Shown here: positions 23,357 to 34,872 of the stretch, one piece after another | Position numbering within the stretch: the stretch's first letter is position 1 | How the letters are laid out: each line of letters begins with the position of its first letter | Origin: Candidatus Eiseniibacteriota bacterium | Lineage (GTDB): Bacteria > Eisenbacteria > RBG-16-71-46 > CAVPCR01 | NCBI GenBank assembly: GCA_963823555.1 | Contig: CAWGMA010000002.1 | Coordinates: 604,725 to 668,724 of the forward strand | Length of the DNA stretch: 64,000 nt | Direction of reading: 5' to 3' | Program-made: the position numbers and the translations under genes | Notes under the pieces: generated by a model | Seen by the model: the letters and a program-made list of their open reading frames with translations, nothing else | What the model was told of the DNA's origin: nothing | Databases searched by the model: none

Positions 23357-26300
23357 ATGAAGCTGAGCGAGATCTCCATCCAGCGGCCGGTCTTCGCGAC
23401 GGTGATGAGCCTGGCGATCGTCCTCTTCGGGCTCATCTCCTTCACGCGGCTGCCGGTGCGCGAGTACCCGGACATCGATCCGCCGATCGTCTCGATCACC
23501 ACCTTCTACCGCGGCGCCAGCCCGAGCGTGGTCGAGACCGAGATCACCGACGTGCTCGAGGAGCAGTTCTCGACCATCGAGGGCGGTCAAGACGCATCAC
23601 CTCCTCGAGCCGCGAGCAGGGCTCGGTGATCACCATCGAGTTCGAGCTGCAACCGCGACGTCGACGAGGCGGCCAACGACGTGCGCGACCGCGTGTCGCG
23701 CATCCGCGGCCGCCTGCCGCGCGAGGCCGAGGACCCGATCGTCGCCAAGGTCGACGTCAACGCCCAGCCCATCATCTGGCTCGGCGCTGTCGAGCGACCG
23801 GCACACCGCCGCTCGAGCTCTCCGACGTCGCCGACCGCATCCTCAAGGAGCGGCTGCAGCGGCTGCCCGGCGTCGGCTCGGTCTTCATCGGCGGCGAGCG
23901 GCGCTACGCCATGCGGGTCTGGCTCGATCCGCAGCGCATGGCCGCCCACGGCCTGACCGCGCAGGACGTCGAGCGCGCCGATCCGCGCGCGAGAACGCCG
24001 AGATCCCCGGCGGCCGGGTCGAGGGCGCCGAGCGCGAGTTCGCCGTGCGCACCCGCGGCGAGCTGCGACACCCCGAGGAGTTCGCGCGCCATCATCGTCG
24101 CCCAGCGACGGCGACGACGTCGTGCGCCTGGGCGACGTCGCCGAGGTCGAGGTCGGCGCCGAGGACGAGCGCACCATGGCCCGCTTCAACGGCCAGCCGG
24201 CCGTCGGCCTGGGCATCGTCAAGCAGACGCAAGGCGAGCACCCTCGACGTGGCGGCGGCGGTGCGCGCGCGCGCTGCCCGAGCTCAGGCCAGCTGCTGCC
24301 CGAGGGCATGCGGCTCGACGTCGCCTACGACTCGTCGGTCTTCATCCAGGACTCGATCGACGAGGTGCGCACAGACCCTGCTCATCGCCATGTGCCTGGT
24401 GGTGCTGGTGATCCTCGTCTTCCTGAAGAGCTTCCGCGCCACGATCATCCCGATCGTCGCCATCCCCATCTCGATCATCGGCACCTTCACCGTCGCCTAC
24501 TTCCTGGGCTTCACCATCAACATCCTGACCCTGCTGGCGCTGGTGCTGGCCATCGGCCTGGTGGTCGACGACGCCATCGTCGTGCTCGAGAACATCTTCC
24601 GGCACATGGAGATGGGCAAGCCGCGCCTGCGGGCCGCCTTCGACGGCGCCAAGGAGATCGGCTTCGCCGTCGTCGCCACCACCGTCGCCCTGGTGGCGGT
24701 GTTCATCCCGGTGGCCTTTCTGACCGGCACGGTGGGCCGGCTGTTCCGCGAGTTCGGCATCTCGGTGGCGGTGGCGGTGCTCATCTCGGGCTTCGTGGCG
24801 CTGACCCTGACGCCGATGCTCTGCTCGCGGATCCTGAAGCCGCTGCACGGCGGCGAGCCGCGAGCTGGGCCGACGCGCTCCTTCGACGCCTTCTTCGACT
24901 GGCTCGACCGCGATCTACGCGCGCGTCCTGCGCTGCGCGCTGCGCCGCGCGCTGGCTGGTGCATCGCTGGCGGCCGTGCTGCTGGTCGGCGGCAGCGGTC
25001 TGGATCTTCCGGCTGCTGCCGCGCGAGCTGGTGCCCACCGAGGACCGCGGCATCGCCTTCGGCATCGTCATCGCGCCCGAGGGCGCGACCCTCGAGTACA
25101 CCGACCGCTACATGCGCGCAGATCGAGGACCGGCTGCTGCCGCTGCCCGAGCGGCGCGGGCCTGTTCACCGCCACCGGCCTCGGCTTCGGCGGCCCGGGC
25201 CGCGTGACCAACGGCTTCGTCTTCCTGAACCTGAAGCCGCGCGGCGAGCGCGAGCGCTCGCAGCAGGAGATCGTGGCCGCAGCTCTTCCCGCAGCTGCTT
25301 GGCGATCCCCGGCGTGCTGGCCTTCCTGATCAATCCGCCCAGCCTCGGCGGCCGCTTCTCGCTCGTCGGACGTCGAGTACGTGCTGCAGGCCGACAGCTA
25401 CGAGGAGCTGCAGCCAGGCGGTGGGCATCATGATGGCCAAGGCCGGCGAGCTCGGCTACCTGGTCAACCTCGACTCGCGACCTGCGCCTCAACAAGCCGC
25501 AGCTCGACATCACGCATCGACCGCGAGCGGGCCTCGGGCCTCGGCGTCTCGGTGACCGACATCGGCACCACGCTGGAGACGCTCCTCGGCGGCCGCGTGG
25601 TCGGCGACTTCAAGCGCGGCACCAAGCAGTACGACGTCATCGCCCAGATGCGGCCGCGCGGCCGCGCCACGCCCGACGTGATCGACGAGATCTACCTGCG
25701 GGGCACGCGGCGGGCTGGTGCAGCTGGCCAACGTGGTCAAGGTGCGCGGAGACGGTGGCGCCCAAGGAGCTGAACCACTTCAACCGCGTGCGCTCGGCCA
25801 CCATCACCGCCAACCTGGCCCCGGGCGTGAGCCTGGGCAAGGCGCTGGACGATCTCGACCGCATCGCGCAGCGACGACCTGCCCGGCCGGCATCCAGCGC
25901 GATCTGGCCGGCCAGTCGCGCGAGTTCCGCGAGTCCAGCGGCCACGCTCTACTTCATGTTCCTGCTCGCCATCGTCTTCATCTACCTGGTGCTCGCGGCG
26001 CAGTTCGAGAGCTTCATCCACCCGCTGACGATCCTGCTCTCGGTGCCGCTGGCGGTGTTCGGGGCGCTGGTCTCGCTCTTCGCTCTTCGAGCAGAGCCTG
26101 AACATCTACTCGCAGATCGGGCTGATCATGCTGATCGGGCTGGTGACCAAGAACGCGATCCTGATCGTCGAGTTCGCCAACCAGCTGCGCGCGCGCGGCC
26201 AGGCGCTCGATCGAGGCGGTGGTCGAGGCGTCGCGGATCCGCCTGCGCCCGATCCTGATGACCTCGTTCTCGACGATCTTCGGCGTCCTGCCGATCGCCA

Positions 26301-26527
26301 TCGGCTTCGGCGCCGGCGCCGAGTCGCGGCGGCCGCTGGGCATCGCGGTCGTCGGCGGGATGCTGTTCTCGACCTTCCTGACCCTGCTGCTGGTGCCGGT
26401 GGTCTACACCCTGCTCGCCCGCTTCACCCGGGTCGAGGCGCCGGGGACCGAGCTCGCGGCGGAGGAGGCCCAGCAGGTGGCGGCGATGACGGGCCATGGC
26501 GTGAGCCCGGCCGGGGGCGCCCGCTGA
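23357..26527 (+). CDS. RND multidrug efflux permease (AcrB/MdtB-like), many frameshifts
   Basis: Segments across frames: [77 protein letters not shown]. Confidence 0.85.
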
Positions 26528-26561
26528 CGGCCGGCTGCGGCCGGTGGGGTTGACAGGGGCC

Positions 26562-27731
26562 ATGCGCTCGACCCAGCCGCCGCATGTCGTCACGATCGCG
26601 GATCTCCGCGAACGAGCCCGCCGCCGGTTGCCGCAGGCGGTCTTCGATTACATCGACGGGGGCGCGGAGAGCGAGCGCACGCTCCGCGAGAACGAGGTCG
26701 CCTTCGATCAGGTCCTCTTCCGCCCGCGCTCGGCGGTCGCGACCTACACCTGCGACCTCAGTACGACCGTTCTCGGCGAGCGCCTCTCCATGCCTGTCAT
26801 CTGTGCGCCGGTGGGGAGCAGTCGCCTGTTCTGGCCGCGCGGCGAGGAACAGGCAGCGCGAGCGGCCGGCAAGGCCGGCACCATCTACGCCCTCTCGACC
26901 CTGTCCGGATGCCGCCTCGAGGACGTCAAGGCGGCCACAACGGGCCCGGCCTGGTACCAGCTCTATCTGATCGGGGGCCGGGAGGTCGCGCTCGCGGGCA
27001 TCGCGCGCGCCCGGGCTGCCGGCTACTCGGCGCTCGTCGTCACCATCGACACGCCGGTCGCCGGCATGCGCGAGCGCGACTGGCGGAACGGCGTCAAGGA
27101 GCTCATCGCGCAGAACCTCTCGAGCGTGCCTTATCTCGGGCAGGTGCTCGAGCGACCCGGCTGGCTCTGGGACACGCTCAGGGACGGCGGCCTCATGGGG
27201 TTTCCGAACATCGTCTTGCCCGAAGGGCCCATGGCCTACGCCGACGTCACGGCGGCGCTCGAGCAATCGATGATCTCGTGGGGCGATTTCGACTGGATCC
27301 GGGAGGCGTGGCAGGGGCCGATCATCGCCAAGGGCGCGCATACCGCCGGCGATGCCTTGAAGGCGATGGACCATGGCGCCGCCGCGGTCGTGGTGTCGAA
27401 CCACGGTGGCCGGCAGCTCGACGGCGTGGCCGCCACGCTCCGCGTGCTGCCGGAGATCGTCGATGTCGTGGGCGGGCGCGTCGACGTGCTCCTCGACGGC
27501 GGCGTCAGGCGGGGGAGCGATGTCGTGAAGGCGCTCAGCATGGGGGCGCGGGCCGTGCTGGTCGGTCGCGCCTACGCCTACGGCCTCGCGGCGGCCGGCG
27601 AGGCCGGGGTGTCCCGCGCTCTCGAGATCCTCCGCACCGACATCGTGCGCACGCTCAAGCTCCTCGGGTGCGCCTCGGTGGCCGAGCTCGATCCCTCCTA
27701 CGTCCGCGTGCCGGCCGACTGGTCGGCCTGA
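26562..27731 (+). CDS. FMN-dependent alpha-hydroxy acid dehydrogenase (LldD-like)
   Basis: FDYIDGGA, SNHGGRQLDG, DGGVRRGSDVVKAL. Confidence 0.93.
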   Translation: MRSTQPPHVVTIADLRERARRRLPQAVFDYIDGGAESERTLRENEVAFDQVLFRPRSAVATYTCDLSTTVLGERLSMPVICAPVGSSRLFWPRGEEQAARAAGKAGTIYALSTLSGCRLEDVKAATTGPAWYQLYLIGGREVALAGIARARAAGYSALVVTIDTPVAGMRERDWRNGVKELIAQNLSSVPYLGQVLERPGWLWDTLRDGGLMGFPNIVLPEGPMAYADVTAALEQSMISWGDFDWIREAWQGPIIAKGAHTAGDALKAMDHGAAAVVVSNHGGRQLDGVAATLRVLPEIVDVVGGRVDVLLDGGVRRGSDVVKALSMGARAVLVGRAYAYGLAAAGEAGVSRALEILRTDIVRTLKLLGCASVAELDPSYVRVPADWSA

Positions 27732-27736
27732 TCCGC

Positions 27737-30154
27737 CTACTCCTCGAACTCGAGCTCCCGGCGGATGCGGTTGAAGTCGAACCGCTGCCCCGCTGGCAGC
27801 CTGGCCTCGTGCCTCTCCATTTCCTTGAGCAGCGTGTCGACCTTCTTCCGGCCCGACCTGGTCTTCACCGCGGTCCGTGGCTTCTGGCCGCCGAGCGCCG
27901 GGAGCGGATGGTCCGCCCAGTCGGCATAGTGTCTCGCCTTCATCTCGCGGAGGACCCGATCCATCTCCTCCTCCGGCAGATCAAGGGGCGGGGCGTGCGG
28001 TGCCGCGATCTCGCGGGCGTCTCTCGCGGCGCTCAGCGGATCGGCGTGCTCGCGGGCGCGATGGGTGATGAGGGAACCCAGTGACTCGGTGAGGCGCTGG
28101 CGGAGCGCATCGGCTCGCGCGATCGAGTTGCTCTCGAGGCGGAGCTTCTTGCCCGATACCGTGGCTGTCCCGATGACGGTGTTTCCCCCTCCGACCTGCC
28201 TCGCGCCGGTCGGCTTCATGAAGACGTAGGTCGAGTCGGCTTCCTCGGCCGCAGGCGGATCCGCCATGGTTGCGAGCCGGCGTTCGATCTCCGCCCGGTC
28301 CTTGGGCGCGAAGGCGAAGTGGTCGATCGTGAAGAGCAGGGGATCTCCATCGGTGTTCTGGAGCTCCGGCCGCTGAGCGGCCGCCAGCCTGGCTCTTTCG
28401 ATCTCCTCCTCCCAGCGGGCGATGAGCGTGCGCCCGATCGCCTCCCCGCGCATGCGCTCGATCGGGATCGGGCCCGTGCGGCGGAGCTTCTTCCGCGCCC
28501 GCTCGACGACGGCGGCGGCGGCCAGGGGTGGCATGGGGCTCGGATGAACGCCGCACAGCACCGTGGCCCCTTCGTGATCGACCACGCGCGCGAGGATGGC
28601 GTCGCGCGGCGCCAGCAATCCAGAGGCCGACGTCTCCCGCACGATCCGGTTCTCGCCGGTCAGGAGATCGCTCAGGGTCAGGCTCCGTCCGGGCTCGACG
28701 GCGGTCACCTCCCACACCGAGAGCCAGGCGGCGCGCTGGGCGTGGAGCCAGGAGAGCGCCTCTCCTTGCAGCCGGTCAGCACGCTCATCGAGAAACCACT
28801 CGACGACCGGCTTCTTCGCCACGGGCTCGTGGTAGATGGCCCATTGCGGCAGGAGCTGATCCACGGCCGATGGATCGCGGAAGGCGCCGGCGGCCGCCGC
28901 CATCCAGCCCGGTCCGAATCGATCGCGGGCGAAGCGGTCCAGTGTGCTCGCGAGCTTGCGGTCCAGCTCATGGATGGGTGCGGGGGAGTCCTCGCCATCT
29001 GGAGGAGCGGCAGGCCCGCGCGCTGTCTCCCCGCGCCGCAGGCAGCACTGCTTGTACTTCCTCCCGCTGCCGCAGGGGCACGGCTGATTGCGACCGACGA
29101 CCGGCGCCCTGTTGCCGGGAGCGTTCACCGCGAACTCCTCCGCCGCTTCGTAGGGGACGGTGAAGCGGACCTCGAGGTCATTCTGATCGAAGTAGGACTC
29201 GCAGATGGGATCGAACACGTCCTCTCCGAAGATGCTCCCGTGCTTGAGGAAGAAGGCGACGAGGGACGTCGCCGAGGCCGACATGATGCGGACGTCCCGT
29301 TCCTCCAGGGGCCTGAGCAGACCATCGCGGTCTCGGTGCTGCACGAGCGGGTAGGCGCCGGCGTTGGCGACGGGCCATCCGTGCTCGAGCGCCTCGCGGA
29401 ACATGCTCGGGGGCAGTTCAGAGCCCGCCTCGTAGTTCAGGGAGAGGATCGTGCTCCCCAGGTCGATCGAGCGCCGCCCGCGACGGGGCGCATCGGCCAG
29501 ATCGATGAAGCGCTCGAAGCCCTCGAGCGAAGGAAAGAGGATGAGTCCCGTCGACTCCCCGAGCGCGCCGATGATGGACAGGCACGCCCCCTCGACGCCG
29601 TAGGCCGGGATATCCACGCGCAGGATCTGGCTGTCGCCCGCGACCTTCCACGGGGCGATCGCGTGGAGGGTCCTGGCGGCCGTGAACAGGTTCTTGACCG
29701 CATCGGGTCCAACGCGGCCACCTTCGAAGTAGCTCGGCTTCTTGCCGCCACCCTCATCGGCCGAGGCCTCGGCCATGAAATCGAGGACCTCTCCGATCTC
29801 GGGCGTCGGGGCCACGACGATCGGAACCCCCGGCAGGACCGGTCGCACCTCCGCGGCAAGTCCCTGGTCGGCCACCCGGACGGTGGCGGGCCGTCGTGGT
29901 TCGCCGTTGAGGGGGGACTCGATGGCCGCGAGCAGCGCAGCGCCCAGCGCGGACCGTGGGTCCTCGGGGCGGATCAGCTTGTAGGACACGACGATGGCCC
30001 CGGGCATCTCCAGCCAGAGGATCATGTGTGGCCGGTAGGGGGTGTCCTCGGTGATGTAGAAGGGCGTCTCCACCCGCCCGCCGACCCACTCGGGTCCATC
30101 CTGCTCGATGCGGGTCCGCCGCCCGGCGAGACGTCTGATTCGGGCGAGTGCCAT
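27737..30154 (-). CDS. Multidomain SEC-C motif protein with MbcA/ParS-like C-terminal segment
   Basis: GRNQPCPCGSGRKYKQCC; C-terminal WADHPLPALGGQKPRTA. Confidence 0.75.
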   Translation of the reverse strand: MALARIRRLAGRRTRIEQDGPEWVGGRVETPFYITEDTPYRPHMILWLEMPGAIVVSYKLIRPEDPRSALGAALLAAIESPLNGEPRRPATVRVADQGLAAEVRPVLPGVPIVVAPTPEIGEVLDFMAEASADEGGGKKPSYFEGGRVGPDAVKNLFTAARTLHAIAPWKVAGDSQILRVDIPAYGVEGACLSIIGALGESTGLILFPSLEGFERFIDLADAPRRGRRSIDLGSTILSLNYEAGSELPPSMFREALEHGWPVANAGAYPLVQHRDRDGLLRPLEERDVRIMSASATSLVAFFLKHGSIFGEDVFDPICESYFDQNDLEVRFTVPYEAAEEFAVNAPGNRAPVVGRNQPCPCGSGRKYKQCCLRRGETARGPAAPPDGEDSPAPIHELDRKLASTLDRFARDRFGPGWMAAAAGAFRDPSAVDQLLPQWAIYHEPVAKKPVVEWFLDERADRLQGEALSWLHAQRAAWLSVWEVTAVEPGRSLTLSDLLTGENRIVRETSASGLLAPRDAILARVVDHEGATVLCGVHPSPMPPLAAAAVVERARKKLRRTGPIPIERMRGEAIGRTLIARWEEEIERARLAAAQRPELQNTDGDPLLFTIDHFAFAPKDRAEIERRLATMADPPAAEEADSTYVFMKPTGARQVGGGNTVIGTATVSGKKLRLESNSIARADALRQRLTESLGSLITHRAREHADPLSAARDAREIAAPHAPPLDLPEEEMDRVLREMKARHYADWADHPLPALGGQKPRTAVKTRSGRKKVDTLLKEMERHEARLPAGQRFDFNRIRRELEFEE

Positions 30155-30165
30155 GGTAGAGGCCC

Positions 30166-31161
30166 CTAGACCTCGATCTCCTTGCCCACCCCCGCCGCGC
30201 GCGCGAGCTCGTAGACGCGCCGGGCCGTCGCCACGTCCTCGACGGCGAGACCGACCGACTTGAAGAGTGTGATCTCGTCCTGCGATGTCCGCCCCGGCCG
30301 CGTGCCGGCCGCGATCTCACCGATCGACGCCACGATGTGAGCCTCGGTGATTGCTCCCTCCTGGATCGCGAGGAGGAGATCCCCCGCCTCGGCAAGGCAG
30401 GCCGGTTTGTGATCGGCCACGACCGTGGACCGCCGGATCGCCTCCGTGTCGAGCTCGCGGGCGTTCGGCGAGTGCGATCCGATGCCGTTGACATGGGTTC
30501 CCGGGCGCAGCTTCCTTCCGTCGAAGATCGGTGTCGCGCTCGAGGTCGCCGTGATGACGATGTCGCACGCCAGGCAGTCATCCGGGCTGCTGGTCGCCGT
30601 CACCGGGAAACCGAGGCTGGCGCTCATCTCGGACGCGAAACGGTCTCGCATCTCGGGCACGAGATCCGAGACCACGGCGCGATCGAGCCGCCGCGTCTCG
30701 GCCACCGCCATGAGCTGCGTGCGCGCCTGGGCGCCCGCGCCGAAGATGCCGGCGCTCCGTGAGTCCTCGCGGGCGAGGTACCTGGTCGCGACCCCCGAGG
30801 CCGCACCCGTCCGCATCGCGGTCAGGAACCCGGCGTCCATGATCGCCACGAGCTCGCCCGTGCGGGCGTCGTTGAGGAGGATCGTCCCGAAGATCGTCGG
30901 CAGCTGGTGGCGGGACGGATTGTCCGGGTAGACGGTCACCGCCTTGAGCGCCAGGGTGCCCGGATCGCCATCGGTCGCGCCGGCGATGTAGGCCGGCATG
31001 CCGAGGTGCAGGCCGTGATGCTCGTTCATGCGGATGGCCGTCCGCTGCGGCAGGATCGCGCGCCCGCTCGCGAGCTGACACAGGCCGACCTCGACCGCGG
31101 CGATCGTCTCCTTCATCGTCAGCACCGACTCGACATCGCGACGGGTGAGAAGCAGCGGCAT
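30166..31161 (-). CDS. Ornithine cyclodeaminase/mu-crystallin family (alanine dehydrogenase-like)
   Basis: [29 protein letters not shown]. Confidence 0.92.
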   Translation of the reverse strand: MPLLLTRRDVESVLTMKETIAAVEVGLCQLASGRAILPQRTAIRMNEHHGLHLGMPAYIAGATDGDPGTLALKAVTVYPDNPSRHQLPTIFGTILLNDARTGELVAIMDAGFLTAMRTGAASGVATRYLAREDSRSAGIFGAGAQARTQLMAVAETRRLDRAVVSDLVPEMRDRFASEMSASLGFPVTATSSPDDCLACDIVITATSSATPIFDGRKLRPGTHVNGIGSHSPNARELDTEAIRRSTVVADHKPACLAEAGDLLLAIQEGAITEAHIVASIGEIAAGTRPGRTSQDEITLFKSVGLAVEDVATARRVYELARAAGVGKEIEV

Positions 31162-31249
31162 TGTCCGATCTCCCGGCCGGCCGGGCCCGGTCCTTGGCTG
31201 GTGATGGCGAACAGCGGGAGCGATCTTCCAGTGGAAGGCTTCCCCGACA

Positions 31250-31762
31250 TCACATCGGTGAGAATCCCCGTTCGGCGAAGTACTCGTCCTTCATCCGCGC
31301 TTCCAGCAGGTTCAAGGACTCCAGGTGTCCCTTCTCCCAGTCGGCCAGGAAGCGGAACACCTTGGCCGACTCCTCGTCCGGGCAGTCCTGGGCCGCTTTG
31401 GTGTAGAAGTTGATGGCCGACAGCTCCAGCTCGCAACCCGCGGCGACCACGGCCATCTCGAACGACCCGCCCTTCACGCGCTTCAGGAACTGCGGTGTGA
31501 TGACTTCGGACTCGTCGAGCGGGGAGAGGTTCTCGGGAGTCGCGGGAACCGCCCATTCCCCCTTCTCGAGCAGGCTCTTGAAGTTCTGCTCGAGGAAGGC
31601 CTTGTGATGTTCTTCATCGGTGGCCAGGGACTGGAACATGAGACGGGCCGAAGGGTCGGTCGTGCGCTCGGCGGCGGCCTTGTAGATCTCGAGGCCCCGA
31701 AGCTCGGTGATGATCGCCGTCTTGACGGCGTCCAGGACGATCTGGCGAGTGGCTTGATCCAT
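31250..31762 (-). CDS. Ferritin-like/rubrerythrin-domain protein
   Basis: Two E-x6-Y...ExxH modules (TELRGLEIY..DEEHH; ELSAINFY..WEKGH); AGGAG RBS. Confidence 0.85.
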   Translation of the reverse strand: MDQATRQIVLDAVKTAIITELRGLEIYKAAAERTTDPSARLMFQSLATDEEHHKAFLEQNFKSLLEKGEWAVPATPENLSPLDESEVITPQFLKRVKGGSFEMAVVAAGCELELSAINFYTKAAQDCPDEESAKVFRFLADWEKGHLESLNLLEARMKDEYFAERGFSPM

Positions 31763-32076
31763 GCAGAAACTCCTCGGTTTTGTTGGGCCGCAGCGCGACA
31801 CCGGGAAGGGCCCGGCATTGTACCACGGCGGGCACCACCGGGCCCCTACAGCCGACGCGTTGGTATCCAGATCCGGGTTCCGCCCTGTGAGCGGTCGCCG
31901 GCTACTCGAGGAGCAGTATCTTGCTGCTCAGTGCTCCATCTGGTGTTACAAGCCGCGCGACCCGGAGCTCATTCCTCGAGAATCGGAATTGCAGTGGGGA
32001 CTCGGAGGTCACGGGTCGCTCCGTCGTCATTGTCCAGGGAACGGAACATGAAACGGACCAGGGGGAGTCGTGCGTT

Positions 32077-32117
32077 AGGACGAACTGGCAGGTGGCTTGG
32101 TCCACACAGGAACTCCT
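32077..32117 (-). repeat. Diverged duplicate of the RBS and first 10 codons of the ferritin-like gene
   Basis: 34/41 identity to 31734-31774 by manual alignment; reads MDQATCQFVL versus MDQATRQIVL. Confidence 0.75.
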
Positions 32118-32357
32118 TGTCTGGTCTGGATCAGCGAGTCTGTCATCGTGACAGGCGATCCAGGCGAACGGTGCAGGGGAGCCGCAGCCTGGTCACTAAC
32201 CCAGAATGTGATCGCCCCTTTTTTCGCGGCGATCGCCGCATCATCTTCCTTGGTGTATACTGCTCGCACGCCGGTTGGCGCATCCCCGGCGCGTGATCGG
32301 GGATCGGGGCCTCCTGGCGGTCAGGAGCACCGTGGTGTGGTGGTGAGGGGTTTCGAC

Positions 32358-34167
32358 ATGACCGCCTCCGTGAAGAAGATAGTCAGCCAGATCTGCCGCG
32401 CCTTCGATAACGATCCGACCCGTCTGCTGGATATCGCCCGCGAAGTCCAATCGCAATGCGGCTGCATCTCGCCGCAGGCGATCGACGAGATTCACCGCAT
32501 CCTCGCCGTACCCCGACTCACAGTGCAAAGTCTCGTCTCCTTTTACGCCTTCCTGGGGGAGGAGCCGAAGGGGGCCGTCGTCATCCGGCTGTGTGACGAT
32601 GTCGTCGACCGCCTCTCCGGGTACGAGCGTGTCGCCCGGGCGTTCTGCGAAGAGCTCGGCATCGGTCTCGGGGAGACGACCCCGGACGGCGCGATCACGC
32701 TCGAGCGCACGGCATGCATCGGGATGAGCGATCAGGCGCCGGCCGCGCTTGTCAACGAGGTCGTCATCACCGAGATGTCGAGCGACATGGCGCGCGAGAT
32801 CGTCGCCGAGCTCCGGGCGCACATGGCGCCGGAACGCCTGGTCCGGAAGCTCGGCGACGGCAACAACGCGCACATCCTCGTCCGCTCGATGGTGAAGAAC
32901 AACATTCGCATGGCGGGCCCGATCGTCCTCGCCCCGGCGCGCCGCGGCGAGGCGATCCGCAAGGCGGCGGCGATGAGCCCGAGAGAGGTGATCAACGCCG
33001 TGAAGACGGCCCGCCTCCGCGGTCGCGGCGGGGCCGGGTTCCCGACCGGGATCAAGTGGGAGTTCGCGCGGGCCGCACCTGGAGAACGCAAGTTCGTCGT
33101 CTGCAACGCCGATGAGGGCGAGCCCGGGACCTTCAAGGATCGCGCGCTCCTGACCGAGTTTCCCGATCGGGTCTTCGCCGGCATGACCATCGCCGGGTAC
33201 GCGATCGGCGCCAACCAGGGGATCCTCTATCTCCGCGGCGAGTACGCCTACCTGAGGGAGTTCCTCGAGGACGTGCTGGCGAGGCGGCGCGCCGACGGGC
33301 TGCTCGGCAAGAGCATCGGCGCGCGACACTCCTTCGACTTCGACATCCGCATCGCGATGGGAGCGGGCGCCTACGTCTGCGGCGAGGAGACGGCGCTCCT
33401 CAACTCGTGCGAGGGTCTGCGCGGCGATCCACGCAACCGGCCACCGTTCCCCGCGCAGCGCGGCTACCTCGGGTTCCCGACGGTGGTCAACAACGTCGAG
33501 ACGCTGGCCTGCGCGACCCGGATCCTCGAGTCGGGCCCGGCCACCTTTTCCGACTACGGGACCGCGCAGAGCTCCGGCACGAAGCTCCTCAGCATCTCGG
33601 GCGACGTGCGGCAGGCCGGGGTCTACGAGGTGCCGTTCGGCACCAGGGTCCGCGACATCCTGGCCCTGGCCGACGGCGGCGATGCCATCGCGGTCCAGAT
33701 CGGCGGGCCGAGCGGTCGGATGATCGGCCCGGCGGATTTCGATCGCACGATCTGCTTCGACGATCTGGCCACGGGCGGAGCCATGGTGGTGTTCGGCCCC
33801 GGGCGGGACGTGATCGAGATCGCCCGCATGTACATGGAGTTCTTCGTCGATGAGAGCTGCGGCTACTGCACACCGTGCCGCGTCGGGAATGTGCTCCTGC
33901 TGCAAGGGCCTCGAGCGGGTTCTCGGCGGCCGCGGGGAGCCGGGCGATCTGGTCGAGTTCGAGGCGATCGCCCGGACCATGAAGGCCACGAGCCGCTGCG
34001 GCCTCGGACAGACCTCGTTCCTTCCCGTTCTGACCTCGCTTGCGAGCTTCAGGCCGCTCTACGAGTCGCGGGTCAAGGAGGACCCGCGGAAGTTCCGTCG
34101 GTCGTTCGACCTCGCAGCGGCGACCGCCGAGGCGACGCAGATCCGCGCGGGAGGCACTCATGGGTGA
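32358..34167 (+). CDS. hoxF: NAD-reducing [NiFe] hydrogenase diaphorase subunit (NuoE-NuoF-like), frameshift near 33900
   Basis: LRGRGGAGFPTGIKW, NADEGEPGTFKDR, GAGAYVCGEE, ESCGYCTPCRVG, then SRCGLG in ORF 33850..34167. Confidence 0.9.
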
Positions 34168-34872
34168 CGGCTGGCGCTTCATCCTCGATGGTAGTGAGAT
34201 CGCAGCCGAGCCGGGCGAGACAATCATTCAGGCGGCGGACCGGCCGGCCTCTACATTCCCCGGCTCTGTCATCTGCCGGGTCTCGAGCCGTTCGGGAGCT
34301 GTCGCCTCTGCACGGTGAAGGCAAACGGCCGGCTGGTCGCTGCCTGCACCACGCCGGCGAGTGGCGGCATGGTCGTCGAGAACGACACCGAGGAGCTCAA
34401 CGCTCACCGCAAGCTGCTGCTCGAGATGCTGTTCGTCGAGGGTAACCACTTCTGCATGTCCTGCGAGAAGAGCGGCAACTGCGAGCTCCAGGCGCTCGGC
34501 TACCGCTTCGCGATCTCCGCTCCCCGCTTCGAGTTCCAGTTTCCCATCCGGGAGGTCGACGCCTCGCACCCGGACATCCTCATCGATCACAACCGCTGCA
34601 TCCTCTGCGCGCGCTGCGTGCGCGCATCGCGCGATCTGGACCGGAAGAACGTCTTCGGCTTCGTCGGGCGGGGCGCACACAAGCGGATCGCCGTGAGCTC
34701 CGGATCGCGGCTCAGGGATACCGACGCGGACGTGACCGACCACGCTCTTCAAGTCTGTCCGGTGGGGGCGCTGCTCAGGAAACGCGTCGGATTCGTCGTT
34801 CCCGTGGGCCAGCGGCTCTACGACAGGACGCCGATCGGGGCGGCCGCCACGCCGGAGGAAGACCAGCGATGA
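34160..34872 (+). CDS. hoxU: Hydrogenase diaphorase Fe-S subunit, frameshift near 34240
   Basis: IPRLCH..GSCRLC..AAC, EGNHFCMSCEKSGNCELQ, CILCARCVRAS, CPVGAL. Confidence 0.88.

Noticed and set aside
32077-32117. Duplicate acting as antisense RNA within the hox 5' UTR
   Set aside because: The best -10 candidate for hox (TATACT, 32256-32261) lies downstream of the duplicate, so it is probably not in that transcript.
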